Shown here: piece by piece, positions 12,895 through 25,339 of the stretch | Position numbering within the stretch: the first letter of the stretch is position 1 | Layout: each line of letters opens with the position of its first letter | Assembly (NCBI RefSeq): GCF_009834535.1 | Contig: NC_045697.1 | Span: 35,280,001-35,344,000, forward strand | Direction: 5' to 3' | Length of the DNA stretch: 64,000 nucleotides | Source: Camelus ferus | Taxonomy: Eukaryota | Program-made: the position numbers and the translations under genes | The notes under the pieces: model-generated | What the model saw: only the letters and a program-made list of their open reading frames with translations | Told to the model about the DNA's origin: nothing | Database searches by the model: none

Positions 12895-13955
12895 TTAAAA
12901 TGGAAATACAGTTGATGTACAATATTATATAAGTAATAGACATGCAGTATAGTGATTCACGATCTTTAAAAGCTATACTCCATTTATAGTTATTATAAAA
13001 TGTTGGCTACATTCCCTGTGTTGTACAATATATCCTTGTAGCTTATTTCATACATAATAGTTTGTATCTCTTTCTCCCCATCTCCTGTATTGCCCCTTCT
13101 CCCTTCCTTCTCCCCGCTGGTAACTGCTAGTTTGTTCTCTATATCTGTGAGTCTATTTCGCTTTTGATGTATTCACTAGTTTGTTGTATTTTTTAGATTC
13201 TGCATATACGTGATATCATACAGTATTTTTTTTTCTTCTCTGTTTGATTTATTTCATTTGGTGTAATACCCTCCAAGTCCATCCATGTTGTTGCAAATGA
13301 CAGAATTTCATTCTTTTTAATGGCTGAGTAGTATTCCATTATGTAATTATATAAACACCACATCTTCTTTATTCATTCATCTGTTGATGGACACAGGTTG
13401 CTTCTTGTAAATAATGCTGCTATGAACATTGGGGTGCACATATCTTTTCAAATTAGTGTTTTTATTTTTTATTTTTTGGATATAGACCCAGGAGTGGAAT
13501 TGCTGGGTCATATGGTTGTTCTATTTTTAGTTTTTTGAGGAAACTGTCATACTGCTTTCCACAGTAGCTGCAGCAATTTACATTTCGACCAACAGTGTAC
13601 AAAGTTTCCCTTTTCTCCATATCCTCATCAACATTTATTTGTGTTCTTTTTGATGACAACCATTCTGACAGGTGTGAGGTGATACCTCATCATGGTTTTG
13701 ATTTGCATTTCCCTGATGGTTAACAATGCTGAGCATTTTTCATGTGCCTGTTGGTCATCTGCATGTCCTATTTGGAAAAATGTCTGTTCAGGTCTTCTGA
13801 CCATTTTTTAATCGGGCTATTTGTTTTTTTGATGTTGAGTTGTATGAGCTGTTTGTATGTTTTAGATATTAACCCCTTATCAGTCATCTCATTTACAAAT
13901 ACCTCCTCCCATTCAGTAGGTTGTCTTTTTGTTTTGTCAATGGTCTCACTCATTC
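12895..13955 (-). mobile_element. L1 3' end
   Basis: ORF2 C-terminal peptides ([28 protein letters not shown]). Confidence 0.9.
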
Positions 13956-15944
13956 TTAAAGCCTGGGCCTCAGAGTCACTTCCTCTTGGCAGCCTGGCCA
14001 GACTCAAGTTCGCTTTTCCACCTTCTGGGCTCCCATTGCACTTTGCAGTGGAAACCCATTTTACATCTTTGTGTGCGTTTATATGTATCTGTTATGCATG
14101 TATATTTCATCCCCACATTGGTCCCATGACGGAGGTGCTAGTAACTCATGCAGTTGCATAGCTAGGAAGTGACGGGACCAGAATTTGAACCCAGGCTCTA
14201 GAGCTGTGCATTTCCCTGTCTGTCATCATGCTGTGTTACCACTGCTCGTGTCATTTCTTGTCACCCCTCATAGCTGTGAGCCCCCTGAGGGCAGGGACCA
14301 ACCTTGCTCAGTAACTGGAACATTGTATGAGCTCCAGAATGAATAAATGAATTTAATGAGGCACAGAATGAAAAATGAATTGTGCTGAACACTGGAATTT
14401 GACACATTGTAAAATGATTATAAATCAATAAAAAATGTTAAAAAAAAAAGAATGAAAAATGAATAGTATCTAGTCCTTTATTTCAAGTGGCTCACAGTCT
14501 CTTTTTCTCCTTTTTTCCTTCCTTCCTTCCCATAGTGGTTACAGGGCCTTTTATACAACCTGACAAATAGGTATTATTATTATTAGTCCAACTTTACATG
14601 TGGGAAAAATGAGGCCCAGAGAAGTGAAGTAATGTGGCCAAGGTCAAAGCCGGGAATAGGTACAGCCGGGATCCAGACCTTAGTTGCTCATGGTCTTAAC
14701 CGCTACAGTATGTGTGTCTCCGGTAGCCTCACTGTGCACATAAATGGATGCAAAATAAGAGACAGCTACAGAAGCCTAGGCAGCAACGAGGGAGAAGGAC
14801 CAGACAAACAGTTTGGAGGAGTGTGGCTGGCTGAGGAACTGGCCCTGATGGGGAAGGGCGGATGGAGGGGAGGAGGAGATGAATTAAAAACAAAACGCTG
14901 GCGGGAATCTAGATCAGCGCCCCAGGGAGCTCTGGGCTCACTCACAACCACCTCTTCCCTGCTGGGTAAGAGCGGCTCTGACCGGTTTTCTGGCGGGGAA
15001 GTTTCCTGGTGTGTGTGCAGGGATGGAGAGCAGGCATCTTGGATGCCCCAGAGTGGCCAGAGCAGCTCTCGGCCTCCGGCCATCCTTCTCCTCGTCCCAG
15101 CTCCCCACTTGCTGTCTGCCTGGTTCTGTGAGAGGCTCTGTGAGTCACCACATCTCGTGAGTCACTCATTTCCTCTCTGAGGAATAAACAATGCCAAGTC
15201 TCCCAAAGCCGAGCAGGTGGGTTTACAGGAGGCGTCGCACAAGGATTGAGCGTGGGCCCTGCTTTCCTTGATGAACTGGCACCACCGTCAGGGGAGGCGT
15301 GTTGCCAGGCGCTCAGCTGGAGCTTTTGGGCCATTGACCGAGAGCTTCATCTGGATTTGATGCTCAGATTGCCAGACTCAGCAAGAAGCAAAGCTGGCCC
15401 CAAGGATCATAATTTTGGCCCGGACAGGGGAAAGCTGAAATCTGAAGATGAGTCCATCAACTTGGTTGTGTCTCCAGTCTTCCAGAGACAGGCCTAGCCT
15501 TTATTTCACCCATGAATGCCCATGACGGACATCCTGAAAGTTAATTTAGTACTTTAATATTCCAGAGCTGCTCCCCATAGCCTGTGACATGCAAAGCCCT
15601 CTGAGTGCAAAATCCAGAATATTCCTGGTGTGGCAGGGAGGCTATGTGGTCAAGCAGAGGCCAGTAATATCTCGTGGTAGACATTATGACCTCATTCCAA
15701 GGGTGCGTTGTCATCTTTGTGTCCTGGTGTCTGAGCCAAGCCTCTCTCTAGAACAGCCTCCCCACCTGGCTAGAGCTAGGGCAGGAGAAAAGCAATTTGA
15801 GTTTATGGTGAAAATACTCACAACAGGATACAAATACAAGAACAGATTTAGCTCCTTGTGGGGCATAATTCTATTTTAGAAGAGAGGCTTATTAATCAAA
15901 ATCTAATTGACAGAAGGTTGGATAAGACTTACTTTTTTTTTTAA

Positions 15945-16775
15945 ATAGACTTCTTGTTTAGAGCAGATTTATGTTCATAGCAAAATAGAGAGGGAGGTAT
16001 AGAGAGTTCCCACATCCCCCGTGCCCTCCTAATGCAGAGCCTCCCCCATTAGCAACATCCCCCAGCAGAGTGATGCATTTGTCACAATTGATGAACCTGC
16101 CTTGACACATCAGTGTCACCCAGAGTTCATAGTTCACATCACAGTTCACTCGGTGTTGTACACTCTATGGGTTTGGACAAATGTATAATGAATGACTTGT
16201 ATTCACCATAATAGTATCATACAGAATATTTTCCCTGCTCTAAAAATCCTCCGGCTCTGCCTGTTTGTCACTGTCCATCCCCCAGACCCGACCCCTGACA
16301 ACCACCAATCTTTTCACTGTCTCCATAGTTTTCCCTTTTCTAGAATGTCATATCACTGGAATTGTACAGTAAGAAGCCTTTTCAGACAGGTTTCTTTCAC
16401 TTAGTAAAATGCATTCAATTTCCCCCATGTCTTTTCATTTCTTTTTAGAACTGAATAATATCCCACTGTCTGGATGTACCATGGTTTATATTTGCATTCA
16501 CCTCCTGAAGGACATCTCAATTTCTCCCAAGTTTTGGCGATCATGAGTAAAGCCGTTAGAAACATCTGTGCTCAGATTTTTGTGAGGACGTAAGTATGTA
16601 TTTTCAGCTCCTCCGGGTAAGTACCAGGGAGTGTGACTCTTGTTGGGTCGTGTGCTGAGAGCAGGTTTAGCTTTGTAAGAAACTGCCAGAGTGACTGTAC
16701 CATTTTGCATCCCCACCAGCAGTGAGTGAGGGTTCCTGTTGCTCTGCGCCTTGCCAGCATCTGGTGTTGTCAGTG
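15945..16775 (-). mobile_element. Old L1 (L1MC-like) 3' end
   Basis: tttagagcag-tttatgttcatagcaaaat...gggtttggacaaatgtataatg, typical L1MC 3'UTR. Confidence 0.75.
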
Positions 16776-17402
16776 AGGATTTACTCTGGAGAGAAATTTT
16801 CGAGAATTCCTTCATTTCTCTAGTCAGCCCTCCTCACCTGATTCACTTTCCTCAGCATCAGGGAAACAGGCATTAGCGCCCTGAAGAGTTGCTGGAGCCT
16901 CCTTAGCTCTGCCTGTTTCAGGTAGTTAACTCCAACTTCCCTGTCCACAGCCCCTCCCAGGCACCTTCGCTCCATGTCTGCCCTACCTGCTCCCTCAGAC
17001 ACGTGAGTTCTGCAGGGGCACCTCGTGCTTCCTCTTCCAGACTCATTGGAGACATCCATAGTGCCTAGGGATGTAGGGCATGCACTCTGGAGCCAGATTG
17101 CCTGGGTTCCAGTTATAGCCCCGCCGTGCATCTATAGTTATGTAAATAATTGCTTGGGTCAGCACCTGGCACGTAGGTAGGGGGTGCTGTTTTTGAGTGT
17201 TCATAACAACTTCCGCCAGAGAAACCCTCCCTAGCCTCTGGTGCAGGGATCCCTCCTGTGTGCTGTATTTTAATGACCTCTTTATTTGCCTCTATTTTAA
17301 GACATGAGATCCCTGGAGGCAGGGACAATCTTTCTCACCTACACATCTGTGGCTGGGAAATCACCTCGAGATATTAATTTCTGTTTTGTACTCATTTGGC
17401 AG

Positions 17403-17490
17403 CCTAAACAAATGGAAGGCGTTCTCTGTTGCAACAAATTTGTCGAGGGTGGCTTTACCTCCAGGACTGTTGACGTCTTTTGCGTCAGAG
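17403..17490 (+). pseudogene. Pseudo-exon (PKQMEGVLCCNKFVEGGFTSRTVDVFCVR), phase 0/1
   Basis: catttggcag| ... AGAG|gtgtaa; open frame; phase fits the next exon. Confidence 0.5.
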
Positions 17491-18020
17491 GTGTAAAAAG
17501 GAAGGTTCACAGATAAGGCTTGAGACAGGCATCCACAATGCCACACTTAAGGAGAATTTTGTTGTAGGAAAAAAGCCCCAGCTGAGAGAAGAATAAATGG
17601 ACTGATCCTAGAGGGAAGATTTTGAGCTTTTTGAGAGACTAGGGTGGGAGCAGAGGTTTGCAGGTCCTGGAACTGTGAAGACCGCCACGTCACTCCCTCC
17701 TGTAGCTCTGGTCTGTGGAAGGACCTCAGGGCAGAAGATCTCCAGGGTGCCCTGCAAGAGAGGGTTCAAGTAACATTTAGTTCCCCACCTTCAAAAGATC
17801 TAGGACTGGGCTGAGGCCACTGCTTTCTAGGGACTATGTGGATTTTGACATTGACTATTGCCAGAGCCCCAGATCCCCTCTCCTGACCCTAGGAAAAGGG
17901 TGACCTCCCCACCCTGCCCCCACCAGATTCACAAGATTGAATTTCCTGAGTGGATGGGGGCTCTGAACAAATGTAACTTTATTTAGAGACATAAGAACAT
18001 GGCTTTTTTTTAAACTCTAG

Positions 18021-18089
18021 TAAAGTGAGCTAAAATTCACATCTGCAATGTGTCCATGATCCTGGCCAAAGGAGGCCTGAGAATATTTG
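18021..18089 (+). pseudogene. Pseudo-exon (K*AKIHICNVSMILAKGGLRIF), phase 1/1
   Basis: ctctag| ... TTTG|gtgagt (strong donor); one stop. Confidence 0.5.
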
Positions 18090-18151
18090 GTGAGTAAATG
18101 AATGCGGGAAGCATCTTGAAATGTATCCAGTCTATTTTAATAATACCATAG

Positions 18152-18520
18152 AAACAGCAGTTTTTGTTTAGCTACCTTGAATAAAGGTTTTCCGGGGCGA
18201 TTTCCTGAGCATTTAAAGCACATTCAAATGAGTTGTCTTTGAACAAAGATTCAAAAGACTTTCATGGACTGCAAGTTAGCAACAATTTGAGTTTATAACT
18301 CACCCGTCTTACATGGTTGGTTGCCTAGGCAACTAAGCCCGGCTGCTTTACACTTTGACTCTGGAAAGATTGGAGTGTCCAATCAGAACTTGAATTACAA
18401 AGCCCCACCTAATCTGATAAAGCCTGTTAGGGCAAAACCCCCAAATCCTACTTTGCATATTGGCATCCATTGCACAAAGCCGCCTTGTGCCTGCAAGTCT
18501 AGTCTTTACTCAGAATGAAA
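18152..18520 (+). pseudogene. Degraded pseudo-exon (..P*IKVFRGDFLS.. / ..FMDCKLATI*VYNSPVLHGWLPRQLSP..)
   Basis: accatag| acceptor; long frame with few stops. Loosely resembles the RGS22 N-terminal WIKKERLPAFL..YFEYRLAKL segment. 3' end approximate. Confidence 0.4.
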
Positions 18521-18728
18521 GTTGTTTGGGCTGTTTTTTCCCCCTTACTCTTGATTACTTGCAGTCATTCATCTAGGAATTAGTCAAATGAATTAAATCT
18601 AGGGATAATCCAAAAAAGTGTTCCTTCAGTCATTAGTTTCTGCATATTCCCCTCTTCAGTCTCCAGAGGCTTCCTTCTAGGCTGCTCTAACAGCCTGCAG
18701 ACGTGACTTACTTTCCTGTCCTTCTAAG

Positions 18729-18818
18729 TATCAGGAGAATGTCTGAAAGACGGATGATAGAGGGGAAAAGCAGGAACAAGCTAAGCTCTGTGACAAGGCA
18801 TTCAGGCAAATCTTGAAG
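18729..18818 (+). pseudogene. Pseudo-exon (YQENV*KTDDRGEKQEQAKLCDKAFRQILK), 90 nt, phase 0/0
   Basis: ccttctaag| ... AAG|gtgaga; one stop. Confidence 0.6.
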
Positions 18819-19716
18819 GTGAGACACTCCAGAGGACCACTGTCCTGGACTCTGCAAATCAGCACCATAAAAACAGAGGTGATTATCAAGGAAAAGCAAT
18901 GTAAGGGACCCAACCACTAGTGCAACATGTGGTCCTAGATTAGAACGGTTTTGGACAGCTACAGAATCTATTTGGGGAACGATTATGGAAATTAGAATAT
19001 GACTTGAGTCATAAATAATATTAAAACTCATTGAGATGACTCATATTGTGACTTATTGGGCATGGTAAATATTTTGGTTACGTAGGAAGTCCTTATATTT
19101 GTGAGTTGCATACTGAAGTATTTAAAGGTGGAATATTATGTCCAGCATAAAAAAAATTGTGAGTTTTGAAGAATAAAATCTAGAAGAACTGAATTATATC
19201 TCAGAGTAGATCCTTAGGACTTGACCCAGTTAACTTGAAAGTCTGCTTATCTACAGTCCATGGGTAGGGAGATGGTACACTTTCCCCTGGGGCAGGGTGG
19301 GGGAAGTGCCCAGATGCTAGAGCATGTTTGACCATTTAGTAACTGTGATCTTGGGCAAGGTACTTCTCCAGACATCTGTGTTTATATCTGTATCTCTCCA
19401 GAGAAATAGAACCCATTGGAGAGAGATAAATCTGATTAATACACAATATAAATATGTGTTTATAATACATTTATAAATGTGTCCCTTTAAGCAGGTCTGA
19501 CGCATGATGGTTTAGGACTACAGTTAACCTTTGTCATTAGCAAAGTAGAAAGACAGTAAATATGATGCTGTAACTATGTTTTCAGTATAGTACGATTGAA
19601 ATAAATACGATACTTCAATTAATATTTCAAATGGCTTTATTTTTCAGTGTTTCATATCAATTTGGGTCTTTAGTACAGTTTAATAGTTTTTTTCCCTATT
19701 CATTTCTTTCTCCTAA

Positions 19717-19827
19717 TATATGCACAAAGAGCTTTTGAGCTTTAGAACCTTAAGCACTTTCCGACATGCTACAACAGGACATGTATCTTAGATTCTGGAG
19801 GAAGCTGAAATCTTCAAGATTAAATGG
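19717..19827 (+). pseudogene. Pseudo-exon with RGS N-terminal-like motif (YMHKELLSFRTLSTFRHATTG-MYLRFW-EAEIFKIKW; two frameshifts)
   Basis: Polypyrimidine tract ending in AA rather than AG; donor TGG|gtgtgt; F..F..TTG..YLRFW.E.E.FK pattern. Confidence 0.6.
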
Positions 19828-20569
19828 GTGTGTATCAGAGAAAATCCTAAATGGTTAAGCTAAAGTTTATAGTCATGAGAAACTATGAACATCGTTCCTC
19901 TTGTACGGTCTGTCCTATTAAACTGACAGTCTCAGAAACGAGAACATTGTTATAATGTTACCATATCATAATTTCATAAAAGCAAAGCTTTCTTTAAAAT
20001 ATACATATAAATAATTTTAAATCCCCTGATATTGAATGACAAGCGCTACGCTGCTTCACACACTGTGTCTGGTAACTGCTCACATCACTCAGGGGTCTTC
20101 CGTGCCTCTTTTCCCCTTGAGGAAACTGATAGGCAGACAGGTGAAACACTGGCCCAGAATCCCATTGGCAGCTGTGATAAAGGCAGGACTGAAATTTAGA
20201 ATCAGTGATTTATGCTTCATCCAACCAGCATTTATGAAGTGCTTCCTAGGTGTCAGGCCCAGTTCCAGGTTCTGGGGATACTGAGGTGAAACATCAAAAT
20301 CCCTGCTGTGAGAATCTGGAACACAGTTGAGTTTAGCAGTTAGAACTGGTAACTGCTTCTTCCATGACTGGGCAGCAGTCTACCTGGCTTTTTATATGTT
20401 TAGCCCTATAAGATGATTTGTTTTTCCTGATGGAAAAGGGTCCCCCAAATCATCTTAAGCCTCTGAAGAGTGGAAGTCTGGACTAAAGCTAGGCTCTTCC
20501 AGAAAAATAAACAGAAACCAAAAACTCTCTTTGAAGTAGCTACTTCCTTAAAAAAATAAACAAACAGCC

Positions 20570-20570
<1 letters not shown>

Positions 20571-20600
<30 letters not shown>
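20571..20600. repeat. (CA)n microsatellite
   Basis: Directly visible. Confidence 0.95.
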
Positions 20601-20602
<2 letters not shown>

Positions 20603-20704
20603 GTTCCTGTATATCTTTTCGAATCATCTATTCTAGACAGACCTGATGAACGTGGGGCCATGTTCAGGTTTGCCTGGCCAGTGGACTATTTTTCTCTGTT
20701 ACAG

Positions 20705-20904
20705 ATATCTAGTTGCAACAGTTTTCATACAGTCCAACACAAAAGGATACCACAGTGCATTTCCATAATGCAGTGACCTGAATTTGCTGGGAGAGACCGC
20801 AGTTCATCAGATAAGGCTTTTCTTCCCTTAGCAACCACATTCTTCTCATGCTGCAAAGTATAACGATCTCCTCAGTGGCCTGACCTACTTGCGGAACCCA
20901 AAGG
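20705..20904 (+). pseudogene. Pseudo-exon (YLVATVFIQSNTKGYHSAFP*CSDLNLLGETAVHQIRLFFP*QPHSSHAAKYNDLLSGLTYLRNPK), phase 2/1
   Basis: ttctctgttacag| ... AAGG|gtacac; two stops; 5' limit could extend to ~20637. Confidence 0.6.
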
Positions 20905-21475
20905 GTACACAGAAGCACCTGCGTCTCTGAGCACCGCGGCCGTGGGCACATCTAACCCATAATTCATGGCGCAAAGTTGCTGCTTGCTCTGTTACACAGG
21001 CAAGTCGTCTCCACAAGAAGTTTGAAAACAGTCGACGTGTCCCCAAGACAGTTTCTGTACCTATCTAAACTTTCTATCATTTAAAATACAGCACTAGCTT
21101 TTCATATTGAAGAGCATTGGGATAAGCAAATAAATTGGATACCTTCAGCAGTAGTCATGAATATATAAAATTTAAAACATCATTATTACTATATTGTATT
21201 TATAATGATGGATACAGTCTTTATTTCTATTTTCAAACACGATGATTTATGACCTTTATATTTGGGTCCTATTTCACAGCCTTAATACATGCATATTGTA
21301 TTAAAGGAAGGGAAAGGATCTTGAAATAAGATTTCCCTCTCCTCAGGGTTTCTGAAGTTAGCACTCATTTCTTTTACCATTTGTTGTGAAGAAGCTCATA
21401 TGATTCATAGTAATGTAGGATTTTTAAAAAACAATGCCCAGGAGGTTTGCATTGTGCATAAATAATTTAAAACAG

Positions 21476-21627
21476 ACATCATTAGGATACTGGAGTTTAT
21501 GTTCATATATAAAAAAACCACCTAGTTCTCTTGAATTTTATGAAAGTAAAGAGCTAAGTCTCCTGGAACAAAGTCTTAGCTGACTACTGCGCCGTGGACT
21601 GGGACAGATGGGAAATTTCAGTGCAAG
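21476..21627 (+). pseudogene. Pseudo-exon (DIIRILEFMFIYK-NHLVLLNFMKVKS*VSWNKVLADYCAVDWDRWEISVQ), phase 1/1
   Basis: aaacag| ... CAAG|gtatca; frameshift in an A-run plus one stop. Confidence 0.65.
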
Positions 21628-22338
21628 GTATCATGTTGTGAAGGGCCGGTGAGAGTGGATGAGGCCCTCATTATACATGATTTAGTGAAATGATTGCTGT
21701 CTTCTCTTTGAACACCTCATCTTTTACCACCGCCTCATAATCTTAGCTGTGAAATAGACATGTATGTTACATATTTGTTTCTTACTGTTGGTGGAAGGTT
21801 TCTCTTTCCTCTCTTTCTTGGCACTGGGGAAGATTTGATGAAAAACGGAAAAACAGACCATTGGCTAGATAAAGGCTTCGGACTGAGAAGAAAGAGAACA
21901 GGAGGTCCCAGCTCTGGCTCTGGTCCACTGGCCTACATTTTATAGGACAAAATATCCCACCCATCTGGGCCTCAGTTTCATTATCTATAAAGAGGAGAGC
22001 AGTAGACCAGATTATCTTTGAAGTTTCACTTTTGGCTGCACAATTCTGTGATTTAAATCAAGTCTCAGCTATGGTAACTAAGAAGAAGAATGATAGCTGT
22101 AAGTGGCTAGCGATTATGTATTACGTATACACCAAATTCATAAAGCAAAAATGTAATTGGAGTTCTTTCAAGAGTCATCCAATTGCCCATGGGGCAGTGT
22201 TGGTTGCAAGTATAATATTATCTCCCACTCTTACTATTTCCTTTTGTCAAAGAGATATCCATCATGTAACACTCCTGGCACCATCACCGCACCATCACTC
22301 ACTCTTTTCTTGGGGAGATACAGTAGCTTGTCTAACAG

Positions 22339-22501
22339 TTGAATTTAGAAGGAGAATCGGAATACAGCAGCCAGCTCTTCCCTCTGGAGTCTTCTTGGGA
22401 TCTGGTGGACCTGCAGAAAATATGTTGTCCTGCTCTGTTCCTTCGTGCTATTGGTTTATAGGGCCAAGGCCCTGCCTGGGGGACTCTGGAGTCATCTGTG
22501 A
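22339..22501 (+). pseudogene. Pseudo-exon (VEFRRRIGIQQPALPSGVFLGSGGPAENMLSCSVPSCYWFIGPRPCLGDSGVICE), phase 1/2, open
   Basis: gtctaacag| ... TGA|gtaagt (consensus donor); phases fit both neighbours. Confidence 0.7.
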
Positions 22502-22760
22502 GTAAGTTTGTCTGGTTCTGGGGTTTAGTGTTAGGAAAACATTTGGCTCTTAAATCCAAGCCACATTCTGCAGTATCAGCTTTCTTAGTGACAAACATAT
22601 TTTTATTTCTTTGTGCCTAATTTTTGGGGGGTCTATTTCTCAAGTAGTTCAGAACTTGGATGATGTGCTATTTTTGGGGTTCCCGGAAGTCCCAATGAGC
22701 AGTACTAGACTGTAGTAACAAATGACTGTGGCCATGCACTTTCCACTTAGATTCATACAG

Positions 22761-22991
22761 GTCTTCTCCCAGCCTTGATTGTCTCTGGTAAGGCCTTCAC
22801 AACATCATTGCAAATTCTGGCATTCGGGATGCCAGAGATCACTACCTCAGCCAACGATTGCACAGCTGCGTGGCACTCATGGTTCTAAAATGGAAACCAA
22901 ATATTGAAACAATCACTATGTGCCTTAAATATTGCATACAACTTATTACAGAGCTGAATCAAGATGGGAAGGAAGAAGCATTTATGACATG
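22761..22991 (+). pseudogene. Pseudo-exon (SSPSLDCLW*GLHNIIANSGIRDARDHYLSQRLHSCVALMVLKWKPNIETITMCLKYCIQLITELNQDGKEEAFMT(W)), phase 2/2
   Basis: catacag| ... CATG|gtatgg; 76 codons with a single TAA at 22789-22791. Confidence 0.72.
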
Positions 22992-23104
22992 GTATGGATG
23001 TTGGCTGAAATTTGAATAACCAATCTACTCTTATTACAGTTTGTTTTCCTCTTGCATCCAGAAGGAAGAAGAGCTTATATCTTTGCTGCTGTTGTTGTTG
23101 TTGT

Positions 23105-23225
23105 TTTTGGAGGGGTGGGGGATTAGATTTATTTATTTATCTTTTAATGAAGGTATTGGGGTTTGAACCCAGGACCTCATGCATGCTAAGCATACGTTCT
23201 GCCATGGAGCTGTACCCTCCCCACC
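23105..23225 (-). mobile_element. tRNA-derived SINE
   Basis: Reverse complement of the SINE at 2011. Confidence 0.85.
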
Positions 23226-23929
23226 GAAGAATAGCTTGAAGTCACAGAAACTATGTAACTTAATAAATATTTGAGGGCCTAGTATGGTACCTGGACTTCT
23301 CTAGGTACTAGGGGATACAGTAGTGGACTAACAGACAAAAATCTGTATCCCTTAGGAGCTTGTATTTAATGGGAGGAGACATATAATAACTAAAGTAAAT
23401 AAGGAAATAAATAATAATGTAAATAAATCAGTCTGTTGTTGTAGTGCAGTGGCACAGTGTATGGAGTCAAACATCACTTGCAAGCTATATGACCTTTGAG
23501 AAAGTTCTTAAGCTCTGTGTCTCAGTTTCCTCATCTGTAAAATGGGCTTAATAAAACTTTTGTAGGTTTATCATGAACCAATGCCCAGGGTTCTAGGAAC
23601 TGCAAGAGGGTCGTGTGGCTGAAGAGGAGAATGCAATAGAGAGGGGTCGTGGATTGGGACTCCTTAGAAGAAGAGCCTAAGACAGGATCTCAGGTGCCTA
23701 TGATTTACTGAGGATGTGCTCTCAGAGGAAAGGAAGAGAGGAGAGCAGGAGAGAGGAGGTGAAGGAGCTAAGCAAGGATGAGGCCTCAGCTGGGGCAGCC
23801 TGGCGCATGGGGTGCTCTAGAGCATGAGTTGCATGACAAAGTGTGTCCTCCCTTGGGACGAGTGGGCTGGCCTTTTGGACCCTGATATCAGTGAGTCATT
23901 GGCAGCAGGCTGCCAGGGGAGATGATTTC

Positions 23930-24330
23930 TTAGTTCCTTTGGGCTGTGATTCCAAAAACCACAGGCTGTGTAGCTTATACACAACAGAAATTTAGTTGTC
24001 AGAGTTGCGAAGCCTAGAAGTCTGAGATCAAAATGCCGGCATGACAGGGTGAGGGTTGTCTTCCGGGTTGCAGACTTCTTGTGTTGTCACGTGGTGGGAG
24101 GGGCTAGGGAGCCCTGTGGGGTTTCTTTCATAAGGGCACTAATCCCATTCACATGGGCTCCCCACTCCTGACCTGATCACCTCCTGGAGGACCCCCCTGC
24201 CTTGTGGGTTAGGATCTCAACATATGAAGCTTGTGGGGACACAAACATTCAGACCATAGCACGTGGCTAAAATCAAGGTGTCACCAGAGCTGCATTCCTT
24301 TCCGGAGGCTCGAGGCAAGGGCTGTGAGGA
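23930..24330. mobile_element. MLT1-type LTR fragments
   Basis: agaagtctgagatcaa..., gggcactaatcccatt, cacaaacattcagaccatagca. Confidence 0.7.
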
Positions 24331-25339
24331 AGTGCTGCAGGGGGCACCCTGCCGCCTCACCCCATGTCCTCCGCGATTCAGGACTGGCTCCAAGCCGGCA
24401 CATTCCACACGCACATTCCAAACAGCCTCGCATGGAGACAGCCCCACATCCCCCGAGGCAGCATAGCCACCATGGGTTGTACCTGGAGCCAGACCACTTG
24501 GCGGTCTTACACTCTGTCCCAAGCAGCTTATCAAACTATTGCTTCCAGCCACACAGTACTTGTCCCTGAGACAAGTTGTGGTGGCTTCAGACAATGTCAA
24601 CTTATCTAAATTGGAACCACACTTTCCAGATACCCAGATGCAAGAATAACCTGTATAATTCAGAGTCGCAGTGGCCACAGGAGAAATCTGCTTGATATTT
24701 AAGAGGCAGAAAGGAAGCAACAGCCTTTTGAAGGTTGGTAGAGGCAGTTAGGGGCAGTCACCGAGGTGCCGGTGGGTTCCACTTTGCTCTTGGTATTCCT
24801 CCACTCCAGATCCAGCTCTTGTTCCCAAATGCTGGCCCTACTGACCAGCTGTGACCCCAAACCCACCAGGGAAATGTTTTGCTTTGAGCTCACAGAGGTG
24901 GAAGCCGCAAAGAGCCGACGGCCTTCCAGAGACCTCTCCACCAGCCTCTCTCGCCACTGTTGCAGCTAGCATCCAACTTGTCCCCCTGAACCAGGTACTT
25001 TTCTCTGGTACTTTTGGGACCTTCTGTTCCTCAGCTCCTCCCAAATTTGCATAAGGTCTAACTCCAGAATGAATAATCTATCCCGTGATACTTAGTGTGG
25101 TCATGCTTTTCTGATTGAACTTTACTGTCCGAGAGGGAAAAATAATAAACTTCATCTTCTTGTTTTCATTTTTCAGTTTTATTAGGTAGAATTGTTACAG
25201 TTTGACTGCACATATACAATGCATTGCATGTAAATACATATATACAACATACTGCACATATTTTTTAAATTTATGTATATATACTGTTCATTGTTTCTAA
25301 GAACGTTTAGAGCTTTCACTTTTTAAACTTACATAGTTA

